A DNA stretch of 64,000 bases, taken from NCBI RefSeq assembly GCF_964213995.1, contig NC_135808.1:23622001-23686000 (forward strand), in the 5' to 3' direction. The position numbers were made by a program, and so were the translations under genes. This DNA is from Mustelus asterias (Eukaryota). Numbering within the stretch: the stretch's first letter is position 1; every line of letters begins with the position of its first letter. Below the pieces are notes generated by a model, which was given only the letters and a program-made list of their open reading frames with translations, was not told the DNA's origin and searched no databases. Shown here piece after piece: positions 51,255 through 62,825 of this stretch.

Positions 51255-51679
51255 TAACTGATTCTGTGTAAGGATATTTCTGAGACCAGGGCTCATTTAT
51301 TTACTCATTAATTCAGGTAAATGAAGTCAAACAGTTTTGTCTGTGGGTTCAGTGAATGCACATGGCATAATGACTGTGTCTTTGAGTTGAAATGTGGCTT
51401 CCTGTTTCACACAGTTGGAAAGCACTCAAACTGCCTGTATGTGGCAGAGGACACAGCTGTGGGGGCTATTCAACTTTGCTAGCAAGGATGGAAAAGTAGA
51501 ACACTTCTTTTAAAATGAGACACTTGCATGCACTCTACAAGGAACACAGAAACTCCTCCAGGTAGAATCATAGAGGGAGAATGTGCAAACTCCACATAGA
51601 GTCATGTAAACTCGGATTGGACCCGGGTCCCTGGTGCTGTGAGGCAGCAATGTGCCACCGTGCCATGCCTTTAAAGCAC

Positions 51680-52270
51680 AACCAGGAAAGCAAATGGTAC
51701 TTTGGTCTTTATTGTAAAGGGATTACAGAACAGAATAAATCAGCCTTGTGACAAATGTACAGACCATTGTTAACACCACACCTGTAATTTGTGTCAGTGT
51801 TTTTCTGGCAGATGTACAGAGAATGTTTATTTGGAATGATTGGGATTTGTTTTATGAGGAAAAGTTGAGCAGGTTGGGGATTTTTTCATTAGAGTTTAGA
51901 ACAATGAGAGGTAATCTCACTGGAAAAGGTTAGACTCTGACAGGGCTTGATAGGGTCGATAGTGAAAGATTCTTTCTGTTGGTGGGCAATAAAACATGAG
52001 GGCAAAGCCTCAGGGTAAGAGGTGAATCATTTAAGATGAGGAGAAATTTCTTCACTCAAAGGGTTGTGAACCTTTGATTCTCTACCCCAGAGAATTGTGG
52101 ATGCTTCATTACTGAAGATATTGAAGAGAGACAGATTTGTGGTGTCTCGGGGAATGGAGGTGTCCAGAGAGTAGGACTGAAATTGAGATGAGGCAGGAGA
52201 TTAGCCATGATTGTGTTGAATGATGGGACAGTCTCATGAGGATGAACGGTCTATTCCTGCTGTTATCCCT
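51680..52270 (+). mobile_element. Degenerate CR1 3' fragment
   Basis: YEEKLSRLGIFSLEFRTMRGNL and a downstream FFTQRVV-like sequence. Confidence 0.7.
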
Positions 52271-52284
52271 CATGTTCTCTCCTG

Positions 52285-52440
52285 ACTGAGGGTTAATATC
52301 TAACCCCGGCACTCCCTGCTCACACCCCATCATCGATCGAAATCACTGCACACAGAGGGACCATCACATTCCGTCCAAAAATTGTTGCTTCCTTCACCAG
52401 GTTGGGAGGGGAAATCTGTGGAAAAAAATTTCCAAGTGAG
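52285..52440 (-). pseudogene. Highly degenerate relic of a third MHC class I leader/intron 1
   Basis: gggttaat...ctcacaccccatc (63-bp unit) followed by cacacagagggacca...gtccaa...ttgttgcttcc, collinear with 45570-45660. Confidence 0.55.
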
Positions 52441-52484
52441 TGTCTCCCAGCTGCATCCTGTACTGCTTCTGTGGCTCTCAGTCT

Positions 52485-53078
52485 GAGCTGTGTCCTGTAC
52501 TGATACTGTCCCTCTCAGCCGGTGATCTGTGTCCTGTACTGATACTGCCCCTCTCAGTCTGAGCTGTGTCCTGTACTGATACTGTCCCTCTCAGTCTGAG
52601 CTGTGTCCTGTACTGATACTGTCCCTCTCAGTCTGTGAGCTGTGTCCTGTACTGATACTGTCCCTCTCAGTCTGAGCTGTGTCCTGTACTGATACTGTCC
52701 CTCTCAATGTGTGAGCTGTGTCCTGTACTGATACTGTCCCTCCCAGTGTGTGAGCTGTGCCCTGTACTGATACTGTCCCTCTCAGTCTGTGAGCTGTGTC
52801 CTGTACTGATACTGTCCCACTCAGTCTGAGCTGTGTCCTGTACTGATACTGTCTCTCTCAGTGTGTGCATTGTGTCCTGTACTGATACTGTCCCTCCAGT
52901 GTGTGAGCTGTGTCCTGTACTGATACTGTCTCTCTCAGTGTGTGAGCTGTGTCCTGTACTGATACTGTCCCTCTCAGTCTGTGAGCTGTGTCCTGTACTG
53001 ATACTGTCCCATTCAGTCTGACCTGTGTCCTGTACTGATACTGTCCCTCTCAGCCTGTGAGCAGTGTCCTGTCCTGAT
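52485..53078. repeat. 33-35-bp minisatellite (gagctgtgtcctgtactgatactgtccctctcagtct), about 17 copies
   Basis: Visible tandem units. Confidence 0.93.
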
Positions 53079-53144
53079 CTCAATTCCTGTTCCTGTTAAA
53101 TTATGTAAATAGTAACTGGACACCAAATACCATTGAAGAATTCA

Positions 53145-53708
53145 GGGCCGCAATTCTCCCAAAAAATGTTAAGTTTAGACTTTGCGGGAAAACTGGTGCA
53201 GATCACGCCAGTTTTTTCAGTGCAACTTCAAACTTGACTCTCCCACACTCTGTGCAATGCAGAGGTCCCAATCGGGAATATCATTAAAAGCTCGGGGGGG
53301 CGGGGCATAGTCACACCGGAGGCTGACAATTCCGGAACTCTGCGCATGCGCAGTGGCCCCTATCTGTCATTCTCCCAATCACTGGCTGTCCCGGGACCCT
53401 CGCAGTGCTGCCCCTCCAGCTGATGCCCCCCTCCAGCAGCGATGATAACCCCACCCCAGCAGACCTCCTCCCCAGCACACACCCAGACTGATCCCTCCCC
53501 AGCACACACCCAGACTGATCCCTCAGGCCACCTTGATCGCTAACCTCCCTCTGGCCTCCCTCACGGCTCAGATGGTGCTGCATATCTGACGCTGGGAGAT
53601 GTGTGCACGGCGGAACGCATGCGCGAATCCCGTGAGTCGACCAACAAGCAATTCTCTCAATCCGCTGTGCTAAACATTAGTGTGGCGGGATGGGAGAATC
53701 ACCCCCCC
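53145..53708. mobile_element. MITE-like non-autonomous DNA element
   Basis: Imperfect terminal inverted repeats gggccgcaattctccca / tgggagaatcacccccc around a GC-rich core. Confidence 0.5.
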
Positions 53709-56397
53709 TGGATACAAACAGTTCACAGCTTGTCCAGTCCTGTTTGAAAAGTTACTGTGCTTGTTCAGGAATGAATCGATTTGAAAAAGTGAAGAGTTGA
53801 TCGGGCAGAGTTCAATTGAAAGGTAAAATGGTGCACAAAGAAACAGTATTTGGAGATTTGATGCTTGGATCAGAGTAGGGAAATTGGAATGTTTGGGAGA
53901 AAGTCGACAGGAAGAAACAAATAGTGAGAGATCACGGAGATGTGAGACCAAAGATTAGATTATTGAATCAGGATGAAGAAATGGATCTCGCTGCTTTTCA
54001 GAAATGGGCTGTTGATGTCTGGTTGGTGGAATATCAGAAGCAGGTTCGAAAAAGAAATTTAAGAAACTCAAGGTAAAGTTTAAAATACTGTGTGAACAAC
54101 CGGGTTGTTTATGTTCAGAGATATCCTGATTTGTAAACAAACAACTGTTCCTTTTACTTTAAGAATATTTCTCCATTCTGTGCACAGATCTAAAGGATAT
54201 GAAGCAACCTGTGTCCATGTGGGTGAAACGGTGGCACGGTAGTTAGCACTGCTGCCTCACTGTACCAGGGACCAAGGTTCGATTCCGGCTTTGGCCAACT
54301 GTCAGTTTGGATAAGATGCTCTTTCGGAGAGTCAGCTTGGAGGTGAAGGGCTAAACGGCCTCCTTCTGCACTGTAGGAATTCTGTGGATTCTATGTGATG
54401 TAAGAGGTGAACAAAATTCAGGCTCAGGCTGATAAGTGGAAGATTACATTCACACCCACAACTGCCAGGCAATGGCCATCTCTAACATTAGTGAAGCAAA
54501 CTATCTCTTCTTGACATTTGGAGTTACAGAATTGTTCTGGTATTGACAGAGGCTATTTAGCCCATTGTCCTATAATTTTCAAGTTGAAGAAGTTTGTAAA
54601 AGTTTTGGAATTGAAACACACTCTGTTGGAAACTCCGCCCTCTGTTGTTTCAATGTAACAATCTTCAATGTTTCCTTTTCTGTTATTTGTGAAACGCGGT
54701 TTTCCCTTAATTTCAACAACAGACATTAGTGAAGAAAGAAGATGTGGTGGAATTTATTTTATCCCATTTTAAAAGGCACGTGCTGCGTTTTTAAGGTTTA
54801 AAAGTTCCACAGTGAAACTTGAAGTGATGTGAGAAAGAATTGTGTGGACAGATGTGTGTGTGTAAACGTCCTGTTAGTGAATGAGGAAAGGCTGTGTGAA
54901 TGCTCTGTGTTGCTGTTCCTTCAGACCGGCTCCAACTCTGATGTGTTTTCCTGAAAATGGTCAGGTCTCAAGGGGGAGAACAGTTTAAAAGTTTTGAAAC
55001 TGGGAGGTTGTTGCCGCTACAATGAAACGGGTGAAACATGTGGGATTTCTAATCCAGATACAAATTCACAACTGTCAGAGTGGGATCGTTTTTTTAAGCT
55101 TTGATGGTGTAATTTCAAATTCAGGAGCTGAATTTAAAGTGATTGTTCATGGATTATTCTTGTGTTTAAAATCTTCATAAAAATCAACCTGGGGAACATT
55201 TGGGACTTTATCTTCTAATCCATTTTTCTCCAAGATTTTTATTCGGAAATATCCAGTTTGAAATGGTGAATCCACAAGACTTGAAGAAATATCTTTGTTC
55301 TGCTGAAACCGCCATTACTCTGAGAACATTGTAACCCAGTCACTTTTTGAAACTGCGGTGACAGTGAATTCCTTCACCAAACGTGTTTTAATTTAGAATT
55401 AACCCATTCGGCTCCGAGCAGAATAAACCTTTTCTGTTGTTTTCATAAAACACACACACACACACACAGCTAACAATTGTGTCCAATATTGCAGGGAATA
55501 TTTCCAACAGTGACAAGAATTGGAAACTTATCTGCAGCTCCAAATGTCAGATCGCGGTGACGGTTTGATACAAAGGCTCTGATATTTCCATGATGTTTGT
55601 TATTTCCCCAGACAGAGTGCTTGGGAAGGGGGGATGTGACATAAACACACTCACCAATGAATAGCGGAGATTAAAAGAAAAATCAGGAACGGGTAGAAGA
55701 TATTGGAATTCATGAGTTCAATGCAGATGAGATTCGCACCCGATTTCTCACACATTCCAGCGCGAGGCTGAATAAAATACTTGACTACATTCAAAACCTG
55801 TTTTAAACAAAATGAGCGAGCCCGCGGCGCAATCATCTGGGCTCTCGTCTCTGTGGCCTCACGGGAGAGGTTCTTTCCAGCGAGAATCACAACAGGGACC
55901 AGACCCGATGCCTCGCTCGTGGATCCAGATGCCATTGAAGCCACCCCGAGAAGTTGGGGGGAGTGCCTAGCGGACTGTGCCAGCCTGGTATCTTGGAAGT
56001 GCCCACCAGGCAGTGGGTAGTGGGAAGGGTGTGGAGCCTGATTATTCGGGAGGGCGGGGGGGGGCTGCTCTACTGGGGTGGGACCAAACTGTGGTGATGG
56101 GGGGTTGGGTGCGCTGCACACTCTGCATTTGCAAATTGGGGTGTGTGGGGTCTACTGCCACTCAGTATTTGCCATCAGTGAGGGAAGTAGCGGGGGCTAC
56201 TGCATTGCGATCGGTGCTGGATGGACAGGGAAATTCGGTCCAAATGGTGGGGTGGGGGTGGGTCACGGGGTTCAATCTGTCCGGGCATGTGGGGTGTCGC
56301 GGGGTCAATTGGTCTGACCATCAGGGGTCGTATTAGGCCACAGACCGCCGTGGCAGCTGGGGAGGTCCGTGTTTAGGCCATGGAGGTCTGGTGAAAG

Positions 56398-56967
56398 TGT
56401 GGATGTGGATATATGTGTAGTGATGCTTGGATCGTGATGTCTTCCTCAATTGTAGAAACTATTAATAATCTAATGCTTACAGTATTGTAGTATAAGTGAG
56501 TATAAACTATTGCCTGGCTTCTGGCGGCTGGGTGAGGTGATGTGATGGTATGGCCTTGTTCTGCAGACAACTGCCTACCAAGATAAGCTGAATGCAGCTG
56601 CAATCACTTGTTATCACACAAGTGTTCTGTGTTGCAGCAGACGGCACAGAATGTGACTGGCCAGTGAAGGTCAGCACGAGGAGTGCACGAAGCATTATTA
56701 TCCTCTGATTGGTAACGAGTATATTGGGGCTATAGCTGGTAGGCTATCGGGCCGCTTGCATGTGTTGGAAAAAAAGTATTTGTATTGTACCAAAACAAAG
56801 CAGTGTGTTCAGTCTCCCCTGAGGACTGCAGGCTTTGTTAGCCTGCATCATTAAGGAAGACTGACCCAACGTCGTAACAGAATGAAATAAAGAGGTTGAT
56901 TAAACACCCGGAGTTGAATCGATCTGTTGTCGAAGCAAGTTTGATAGAGTGTAAATTGAGGTTATCA
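56398..56967 (+). repeat. 5' LTR (570 bp)
   Basis: TG...CA; direct repeat of 60739-61309; AATAAA near 56886. Confidence 0.95.
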
Positions 56968-56969
56968 TT

Positions 56970-56987
56970 TGGTGTCAAAAGTGGGAT
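56970..56987 (+). promoter_or_regulatory. Primer-binding site, tRNA-Leu type
   Basis: TGGTGTCAAAAGTGGGAT, one mismatch to the recalled tRNA-Leu PBS TGGTGTCAGAAGTGGGAT. Confidence 0.85.
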
Positions 56988-57399
56988 TCCAATGGTCGGC
57001 AGACGACAGAAAACGGCGTTAGAGTCAGCAGCACCAAGTTCGGGACTGAGGAATTGGCCACCCAAGTGTATGAGTACCGTTGATACAACCACTTGGCTTT
57101 CCTCTGCCCTGTAATTCTGGTGTTTGTTGACCTTTTGTTTGTTGTCGCCAGCCGCCCTGACAGAATAGCCTGTGATTTCATCAGCTTGTGCAACTCCAGG
57201 TCGGTTGTTATTCCGGTCACTGTGGAAACGGTGAGGTATAAAATAAGTGGTCAGTGAATAATTGGCCAGAACTGTAATTCTCTGAGGGTCGCTGTTGATC
57301 GGCGAGGGTCACCAGGGAACTGGTGAGTTGGTGATAGAATTGTTCGAGCTCGAATTGAATTTACCGGGGTATTGAGTGAATACAACAGTTTGTTTTAAA

Positions 57400-57930
57400 A
57401 TGGGGAACTATTGGGATACAATCAATCAGACAAATTCAGCCTTACAAATGCTTTGCGAGAAATATCCGGATAAAGCCACCAAAATGAGACAATTGTCGGG
57501 GGCATTGACCCATAAATTAGGGCCATCGAATGGCCCCCAGGAGGGACCAAAAATATCCAACTTGTTAAAGCTGCACAGCAACAAATTTGGCTAAAAGAAT
57601 ATGGGAAGGAAGACGAAGGAGCTCATAGGGCTATGGTTGCAACGTTGTCAGGAGTTAAAGGAGCAGAGTCTCCTATCCAGCTGGCAGGACAATGCTGTTA
57701 AGTTGGGAATAGAATTAATGGAGGGAGGGACTCCAAAACCGGTTGAGGTGTTGAAAAGGGAATGCTTACATAAGAAACGCTCTCTTCAGGATTGTGAGGC
57801 TTCTGAGATAGGGAACATGATGGATGGCATTAAGGTCACTGATAATGATACAGATGAGGATCTGCACCATTGGATGACGGGGGCAACTACACCTCTTCCG
57901 CCTCACCCGCCTCAAGAGCAGCCCTTACAG
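57400..57930 (+). pseudogene. gag: ERV gag N-terminus (matrix and Pro-rich region), frameshifted and truncated
   Basis: MGNYW start with Gly2; WPPGGT matrix-like motif in a shifted frame. Confidence 0.7.
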
Positions 57931-59280
57931 TGATTAAGTGCGCCGCCCATACCGCTGGTAAAGACCCTGTCACTTTAGGGAACCATAGGGCAGATGAGGC
58001 GGCCAAATTGGTTTCTAAAACTTGTCAGATGATTGTGCCCCGAATGATGAGGCAGGGGAAAAGTCCGGACGCGGATGGCCCTGCCTCTGAGAAACCCATG
58101 CCAACCATCGGTGATGTTCTTAGATTGCAACAGGAAGCCTTGCCTTGTGATAAAGATTTATGGAATGTATTGGGCTGTAGGGTGGACCCAGAATCCAGAG
58201 TCTGGATCACCCCTGCTAACCAAACCTGTATGTCTGATACTTTGGCTCTCTGGGTAATTGATTGTGTACTTTGCAACTCACTGTGGCGCAAGGTCTCTTA
58301 GTGATTTACTCCTCACTTCCTGGTGGCATCCTTGCCTACAGGACATGGCACAAAGTCTAAGCCTCCGCTGTTTGATCTGCCAACAGCATAATTCGGGCAA
58401 GGGTGCGCCCTGTGATCTGGGTAAGACTCCCCTGCCGGCAGGCCCCTTCGAGACCCTGCAGATGGACTTCATTGAGTTGCAGAGATGTCAGGGGTATAAA
58501 TATGTCTTAGTAATCGTGGATGTCTTTAGGAAGTGGATTGAAGCATATCCTACATCGGACAACAAAGTGACAACTGTCGTCTGGATTTTACTGCGCGGAA
58601 TTGTGCCTCGATTTGGCGTCCCGACCTGCCTGAGTTCTGACAATGGCCCACATTTTATTGCATCGGTCAATAAGGAGCTGTGCACCCAGCTGAATATTCG
58701 CCAACAACTCCATTGCGCTCACCATCCCCAAGCTGCTGGTGTAGTCGAACGCTCCAATCAAACGCTCAAAACCAAGCTGGCTAAACTTGTAGAAACTTCA
58801 GGTCTGTCTTGGGTCAGACTACTCCCTGTAGCTTTATTTCAAATACGAACCACCCCTGCAGGACCGCCCCGTCTCTCACCCGCGGAGGTCTTGTATGGTC
58901 GACCCCTGCAGACCCCTTGGGATGATGGGTCAATGACGCCCATTCATTTCCATCATATGACGGATGAAATGACCTCATATATCCTCTCCCTTGCCCACTC
59001 CTTGCGCCATCTCCATTCGCAAGTCCGAGCTGCTTACGGTAAACCACCTACCTTATCTACTCCCACTAAAGTAAAACCGGGCTCATTTGTCCTTATCAGA
59101 AATTGGACTCGCAAGCATTTAGAGCCGCAGTGGGAGGGCCCCATGCCAAGTCTTGTTAACCACCCCTACATCGGCTAAGGTGGCGGGTCGCGATGCTTGG
59201 GTCCACCTCCACCACTGTGAATTGATCGGGCAAGCCGATCCCAAAAAGGGGGGAATTGAGGATGACAGGGAGGAGGATTT
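57930..59280 (+). pseudogene. pol: ERV pol C-terminus: RNase H end and integrase
   Basis: VIKCAAH...GNHRADEAAK; THCG...CLIC; QMDFIEL, SDNGPHF, GVVERSNQTLK; LEPQWEGP. Confidence 0.92.
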
Positions 59281-59294
59281 TATGGATGATTAGT

Positions 59295-60678
59295 ATGAGA
59301 GGCTGTATCGGGTGACATGCTCTTTACTCTGTGGTTGTTATGCTTGTCATTATGTTTTTGTCCCGTCCAGGTGGTGGTCAAGTGTGGACAAACCAGCATG
59401 CAATCGGCAAAAATAGTCTTGGGGCTCATCAGCTTGGTGTTGTAAGAAGGGAGGGATTGGGGTGCTCCACAGTTTATGTGTGCCAGGATCACCCCTGCCT
59501 GAGTAAGCATTGCCATCAGCATAAATGTGGGTACGAAGCCCAGAGAAATGAGGTAATCTGTAAGTGTTTGCATTCGACCTGCATAGACTTGGAAAAAGGG
59601 GAAAATATAATTTGTGGCCATATGAATGGCACCCACCTTCATGTTTACGGTAGGGACTTTTCGATAGTACAGATTAATGCAGAAGGAAGACAGTCGGCAC
59701 CAGCATGAAAGGGTTCCGGATCCCAGAATTTGGGAACCGATGATACCTATTACCGGGTTCAAGCCAACGGGGAATGGCAAAAGTGTTCAGAGACCATGTA
59801 CACTGAAACAGGGTATTTCTTCTTTTTCAATGGTTCGGCCACCAATTATTTGTCCTACCCTTACCCCCGTTCAGTGGCAATAGGGACCATGCTTCCCAGT
59901 ATGGTTCCTTGTCCGAGCCGTTGGGGGCCCTCACGTCATCACCATAGGAGGCCAGAGCGGGAGTTATCGGAGGATTTTTGCGCTGACTCCAAGGAAATCA
60001 CTGCCCTCACTCCTGGTCAGGCTGCTGGCTATGGAGCGGCGGGTTTCTTTTCCTTTGGAGCCGTCCCAGGGCGAATGGCTGCAGATAATCGTAATTACAT
60101 TGCTTGCAGCCTTACCACCTTGGGGAACGCGACAAGAGGAGCCCTCCGGGTCATCACCGCCCAACTAGAGAAACTCAGGCTGTATGCCCAGCAGAATAGA
60201 TATGCCTCGGATTAGCTGCTGGCTCGACAAGGAGGCCTGTGTGCCATAGCGAAGGATAACTGCGTACTGGAACTAGATAAGGTCACTACTAATCTCACTA
60301 ATTACCTGAACCAAATTGACCAGCAGCTAGGGTCTATTAGAGAGGGCGAGGGGATTAGGGGAATGGGAACTGTCAGGATGGCTTGGTTGGTTAAGGAATG
60401 TGGGATTATATGCCATACTTTTGGTTCTGTGTATAAGTATTGGAATTGGAATTGTAAAGTGTCTCATCGCACGGGTGATGACCACCTTGGAATCGATAGG
60501 ATCACGACCAACTCAACCGATGATGTTCACCGCGAGTGAGGAGGAAGAGGACAAGGAATACAAACCCATACTGGACGACGAGGTGCTGGAAGAAACTCGA
60601 CGAGAAGTGGAGGCAGAATTGTATGCGGAGGTTGAGAGAGATAAAGTAATATTGGACTTGATGAAAATACAATTGTAA
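59295..60678 (+). pseudogene. env: ERV env (short SU, TM with internal fusion loop); three in-frame stops and one frameshift near 60350
   Basis: Signal peptide, RRPER cleavage site ending at 59960, QNRYASD*LLARQGGLC immunosuppressive-like domain, CX6C, membrane anchor GLYAILLVLCISIGIGIV. Confidence 0.9.
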
Positions 60679-60726
60679 CCTGAATTGAACAACCTACGAC
60701 AATGTCAGTGGTTATCACAGAGTGAT

Positions 60727-60738
60727 AAAAGGGGGGAA
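60727..60738 (+). promoter_or_regulatory. Polypurine tract
   Basis: AAAAGGGGGGAA directly before the 3' LTR. Confidence 0.9.
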
Positions 60739-61309
60739 TGTGGATGTGGATATATGTGTAGTGATGCTTGGATCGTGATGTCTTCCTTAATTGTCGAAAC
60801 TATTAATAATCTAATGCTTACAGTTTTATAGTATAAGTGAGTATAAACTATTGCCTGGCTCCTGGCGGCTGGGTGAGGTCATGTGATGGTATGGCCTTGT
60901 TCTGCAGACAACTGCCTACTAAGATAAGCTGAATGCAGCTGCGATCACTTGTTATCACACAAGTGTTCTGTGTTGCAGCGTACGTGCACAGAATGTGACT
61001 GGCCAGTGAAGGTCAGCACGAGGAGTGCACGAAGCATTATTATCCTCTGATTGGTAACGGGTATATTGGGGCTATAGCTGGTAGGCTATCGGGCCGCTTG
61101 CATGTGTTAGAAAAAAAGTATTTGTATTGTACCAAAACAAAGAAGTGTGTTCAGTCTCCCCTGAGGGCTGCAGGCTTTGTTAGCCTGCATCATTAAGGAA
61201 GACTGACCCGACGTCGTAACATAATGAAATAAAGAGGTTGATTAAACACCTGGAGTTGAATCGATTTGTTGTCGAAGCAAGTTTGATAGAGTGTAATTTG
61301 AGATTATCA
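60739..61309 (+). repeat. 3' LTR (571 bp)
   Basis: About 20 substitutions and 1 indel versus the 5' LTR by manual count. Confidence 0.95.
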
Positions 61310-61835
61310 AATATTTCTCCATTCTGTGCACAGATCTATAGAATGTGAAGCTATCTGTGTCCATGAGGGTGGCAGTGGTTAGCACTGCTGCCTCACAGTG
61401 CCGGGGACGCGGGTTCAATTCCGGCCTTGGCCCACTGTCAGTTTAGAGTCTGGATAAGATGCTCTTTCATTAGAATAGGAATGGATGTGATGGGCTAAAT
61501 GGCCTTATGCACAGTAGGAATTCGATGCATTCTATGTGATGCAAGAGGTGAATGGAATTCAGGCTTTGGCTGATAAGTGGAAGATTACATTCACACCCAC
61601 AAAAGTGCCAGGCAATGGCTATCCCTAACAATAGTGAAGCTAACTATCTCTCCTTGACATTTGGAGTTACAGAATTGTTCTGGTGTTGACAGAGGCTATT
61701 TGGCCCATTGTCTCATAATTTTTAGATTGAAAAAGTTTGTAAAAGTTTTGGAATTGGAAACTCTGCCCTCTGGTTTCAATGTAACAATCTTCAAGGTTTC
61801 CTTTTCTGTTATTTGTGAAATGCAATTTTCCCTTA
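61310..61835 (+). repeat. Duplicate of 54163-54710
   Basis: Both begin aatatttctccattctgtgcacagatcta and share the same SINE and LINE remnants. Confidence 0.88.
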
Positions 61836-62586
61836 GAACAAAGGAAGTCACAGCACAGGAACAGGCCCTTTGGCCCTTCAAGCCTGTACCGACCATGCTG
61901 CCCGACTTAACTAAAACCCCCTACCCTTTCGGGGACCATATCCCTCTATTCCTATCCTATTCATGTATTTGTCAAGAAGCCCCTTAAAAGTCACGACTGT
62001 ACCCGCTTCCACTACCCCCCCCCCCCCCCCCACCCACCCCCGAGAACGAGTTCCAGGCACCCACTACTCTCTGTCTAAAAAAAAAACCTGCCTGGTACAT
62101 CTCTTGTAAACCTTGCCCCTCACACATTTAACCTGTGCCCCCAAGTAATTGACTCTTCCACCCCGGGAAAAAGCTTCTGACTATCCACTGTCCATGCCTC
62201 TCATAATCTTGTAGACTTCTATCAGGTCGCCCCTCAACCTCCGTCACTCCAGTGAAAACAAACCAAGTTTCTCCAACCTCTCCTCATAGCTAATGCCCTC
62301 CATACCAGGCAACATCTTGGTAAATCTTTTCTGTACCCTCTCCAAAGCCTCCACATCCTTCTGGTAGTGTGGCGACCAGAATCGAACACTATATTCCAAG
62401 TGCCGATGAAGGTAAGCATGCCATATGCCTTCTTGACTACCTTCTCCACCTGCATTGCCACTTTCAGTGACCTGTGTACCTGTACAGCCAGATCCCTTTT
62501 CCTATCAATACTCTGAAGGGTTCTGCCATTTACTGGATATTTCCTATCTGTATTAGACCTTCCAAAATGCATTACCTCACATTTCA
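61835..62586 (-). mobile_element. CR1 3' fragment
   Basis: ORF 62234-62587(-) KCEVMHFGRSN...KKAYGML. Confidence 0.88.
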
Positions 62587-62589
62587 TAG

Positions 62590-62825
62590 AAATGAATCAT
62601 AGAAACCCTACAATGCAGAAGGAGGCCATTCGGCCCATCGAGTCTGCACCGACCACAATCCCACCCAGGCCCTGCCCCCCACATATTTACCCGCTAATCC
62701 CTCTAACCTACGCATCTCAGGGGCAATTTTAACCTGGCCAATCAACCTAAGCCGCACATCTTTGGACTGTGGGAGGAAACCGGAGCACCCGGAGGAAACC
62801 CACGCAAACCCACGCAAACCCACGT
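62590..62825 (-). mobile_element. HE1 SINE 3' part
   Basis: Reverse complement of 47975-48200. Confidence 0.85.

Larger units (their letters stand above)
56398..61309 (+). mobile_element. Endogenous retrovirus (class I, gamma/epsilon-like), internally deleted provirus
   Basis: Paired LTRs, PBS, gag start, RNase H end, integrase, env, polypurine tract. Confidence 0.95.

Noticed and set aside
55655-55713. Signal-peptide-like MNSNIFYPFLIFLLISAIH with a GTGAGT donor as MHC leader
   Set aside because: Wrong phase (2), ATG not conserved in the 20830 paralogue, and the true leader is at 45588-45636.
59961-60340. Endogenous filovirus glycoprotein
   Set aside because: It sits in the env position of a provirus between integrase and PPT/LTR, so it is a retroviral env.
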